Below, piece after piece: positions 62,134 through 64,000 of a DNA stretch of 64,000 nucleotides. The notes under the pieces are model-generated. The model was not told the origin of the DNA and ran no database searches. It saw only the letters and a list, made by a program, of their open reading frames with translations. Position 1 is the first letter of the stretch, and the number at the start of each line of letters is the position of its first letter. This DNA is from Marsupella aquatica (lineage: Eukaryota; Plantae; Marchantiophyta): assembly GCA_973895155.1 (NCBI GenBank), contig OZ316898.1:9163079-9227078 (forward strand), written 5' to 3'. The position numbers and the translations under genes were made by a program.

Positions 62134-62830
62134 CTATGGTGTAAAAGCATGACGCCATGCATCATGTACCAATTGTGCTGCTGTTTGTGGCAAGGCCTGT
62201 GCAGTGCCCCACACTGGTGGCACAACACTACCAACAGGTAATCCTCGCATGATGTGCTCCTTATGAGACTCCTCCAATGGTGGAACATCTGCTGCATGCG
62301 CATTACCCTCAATCAAATCATCAGGTCCAGCAATTAGACCATTGAATGCTGCCAAAGACAATGGTGTGGATTTAGGGCCTCCCACAGGTCCACTAAATCT
62401 CACTGGCAATTTTCTCAATCGAGCATCTCCTGATTGCCAATCAGGTCTATATGACACTGATTCCTCCCAAAAATCAAGAATAAATCCCATGGGGTAGAGC
62501 ATTGTACATCCCACCAACACATCATATGACTCTGCCTTAGTCAGAATAGCTCGCGCCTGTATCTGTGAGCTATCTATGGTATGACCTTCTTGAATCCTCA
62601 AATCAAGAGGTCTCCTGGTAATGTGCTGTGTAGGTGTAGGTTCCCCCAATGAAGTCTGAATGGGAAAGGGACAATCCTCTAGACGCAATCCCAATCCACG
62701 TATGGCAGACTTTCCCAACATCAAGGGTTAAGCACCAGTATCCAGTAACACCCTCTCTGGCTGGTATACTGCTCCAGAAGGCCCAACTAATCGGAAGATA
62801 CCACTCCGATTATCCAATGATACAACACTA
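62134..62830 (-). pseudogene. Retroviral-type aspartic protease
   Basis: PERVLLDTGA*PLMLG at about 62760-62715 and downstream YDVLVG. Confidence 0.8.
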
Positions 62831-63226
62831 GGTTTAAACCTAGTCCTCTCAAATGTAGAGCGTGCTGGTAAATCCACCAATCTCGCTGCTGCTGCATGTC
62901 TCACTAGTAGCAGTAGGTGGCATGGTCTTCACTGCATCAACACTGCAAGTTGCTTCTGCATGGGAAACAACTACTAGAGTGTCCTCACAGAGTGTAGCTG
63001 CCAATTTGAACACTTTTGCAGGACCAACTCCCAAGTTTAGCATGTCTGTCACTGAAAATAATGGGGCGCATACCATGGCAGTAGCCGCCCTCAACAAGGT
63101 ACCCGTCATCCCTGCTGCATCACTACCTGATTCTACCAACTTACCCACATCAGGGTTTGTCCGAACCGGGTTCATAGAGGCAGTCTGAACTGTCTCTGAC
63201 AATATAAAAGACTGAGGAAGCTTTGT

Positions 63227-63958
63227 CTACCAACGTGCATCCCCCCTTTGTGGATCTAACTCCACTACTGCTCCTCGGGGCTCAAGAGCTTTGGCTGCCC
63301 CACGTGTCAAAGCTGCTGATGCATCAATATGTGCAGTGCCACACATGAATCCCATGGTGGCAAGGTCTCCATCAGCTCCATAAGATGTGGAAGGACCATG
63401 GGATGTGGAAGGTCCATAGGATGTTGATGCCCCATCACCAGAAGTAGGTCTCACCTGGGAACTAGCCATGGCAGCTAGCTGTTGCTCCAATTGAGCAATC
63501 TTAGCATCCTTTGGATCTATGGTTACAGCAGGGGCAGTGTCACCTCCCTGTCTCCCTGCATGTGGCATGCCACGACCACATCCACCGCCTTTACCTCCTC
63601 CTCCTCTTCCCTGATCATGTGTACGGGATCCTCCTCTCCATAACTTAGGATGGAGTGAGAAACACCTATCCTTGGTGTGTCCAGGAGCTCCACAGTGATC
63701 ACACTGTTGCTGATCAGGCGCTGATGCTCCCCCTGATCCTCTATGATCTGGGAAATATCTCTGTGCATGATCCCCACCACAGGTCCAACATCCTGATTGC
63801 TGTCCAGCATAAGAGGGCACAGGTCTCTGGCTGGTAGACTCTCGTGCAGTAGGCTTCTCCCTTTGGCTCTTCCGTGCAGTAGGCTGTGGTGTGGATGTGG
63901 ATGCAGCCTTTGGTGCTTCCTTGGCAAATCCGGAAGTCACCACCTTCTCATTCACCAT
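63227..63958 (-). pseudogene. Gag C-terminal region with zinc knuckles
   Basis: CDHCGAPGHTKDRC (CCHC) and a degenerate CWTCGGDH knuckle. Confidence 0.85.
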
Positions 63959-64000
63959 ATTGAGCTCAATGCGCTCAGAAAGTGTAAAAATAATTGCTAA

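Larger units (their letters stand above)
56965..64000 (-). mobile_element. Ty3/Gypsy LTR retrotransposon (decayed; 5' end outside window), gag-PR-DNMT-RT-RH-IN-PHD
   Basis: Domain order PR-RT-RH-IN; polypurine tract AGGGGGGCG (minus, 57570-57578) directly before the LTR. Confidence 0.93.

Overview
Eukaryotic, transposon-rich plant nuclear DNA with GT-AG introns, a plastid-targeted threonine synthase and a COMT-like O-methyltransferase; the TE content suggests a non-seed land plant such as a bryophyte (inference). Only two clear host genes are present: the 4-exon O-methyltransferase (45050-47255) and an intronless threonine synthase (51096-52766). Most of the rest is mobile DNA. (1) The right part of a CACTA/EnSpm element (1-10967) has an apparently intact Tnp2 transposase, a TnpA-like gene and cargo (EDM2-like PHD fingers, tandem BRCT, F-box-like ORF), and is inserted into an FCP1/NIF-like phosphatase. 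(2) A gene-rich segment (~11-20 kb) carries a decayed ParB-like plus N6/N4 DNA-methyltransferase-like fusion gene, a small Cys/His protein, an F-box-like ORF and three families of repeated palindromes. (3) Long orphan minus-strand ORFs lie at 25.6-28.0 and 31.8-33.4 kb. (4) Decayed P-element-like and Sola-like transposases lie at 34.9-43.3 kb. (5) A decayed Ty3/Gypsy element (56965-64000, minus) encodes a C5 DNA cytosine methyltransferase between protease and RT and a PHD finger after integrase. The recurring theme is unrelated mobile elements each carrying chromatin or DNA-modification machinery. All domain calls are by eye from motifs; no searches were run.
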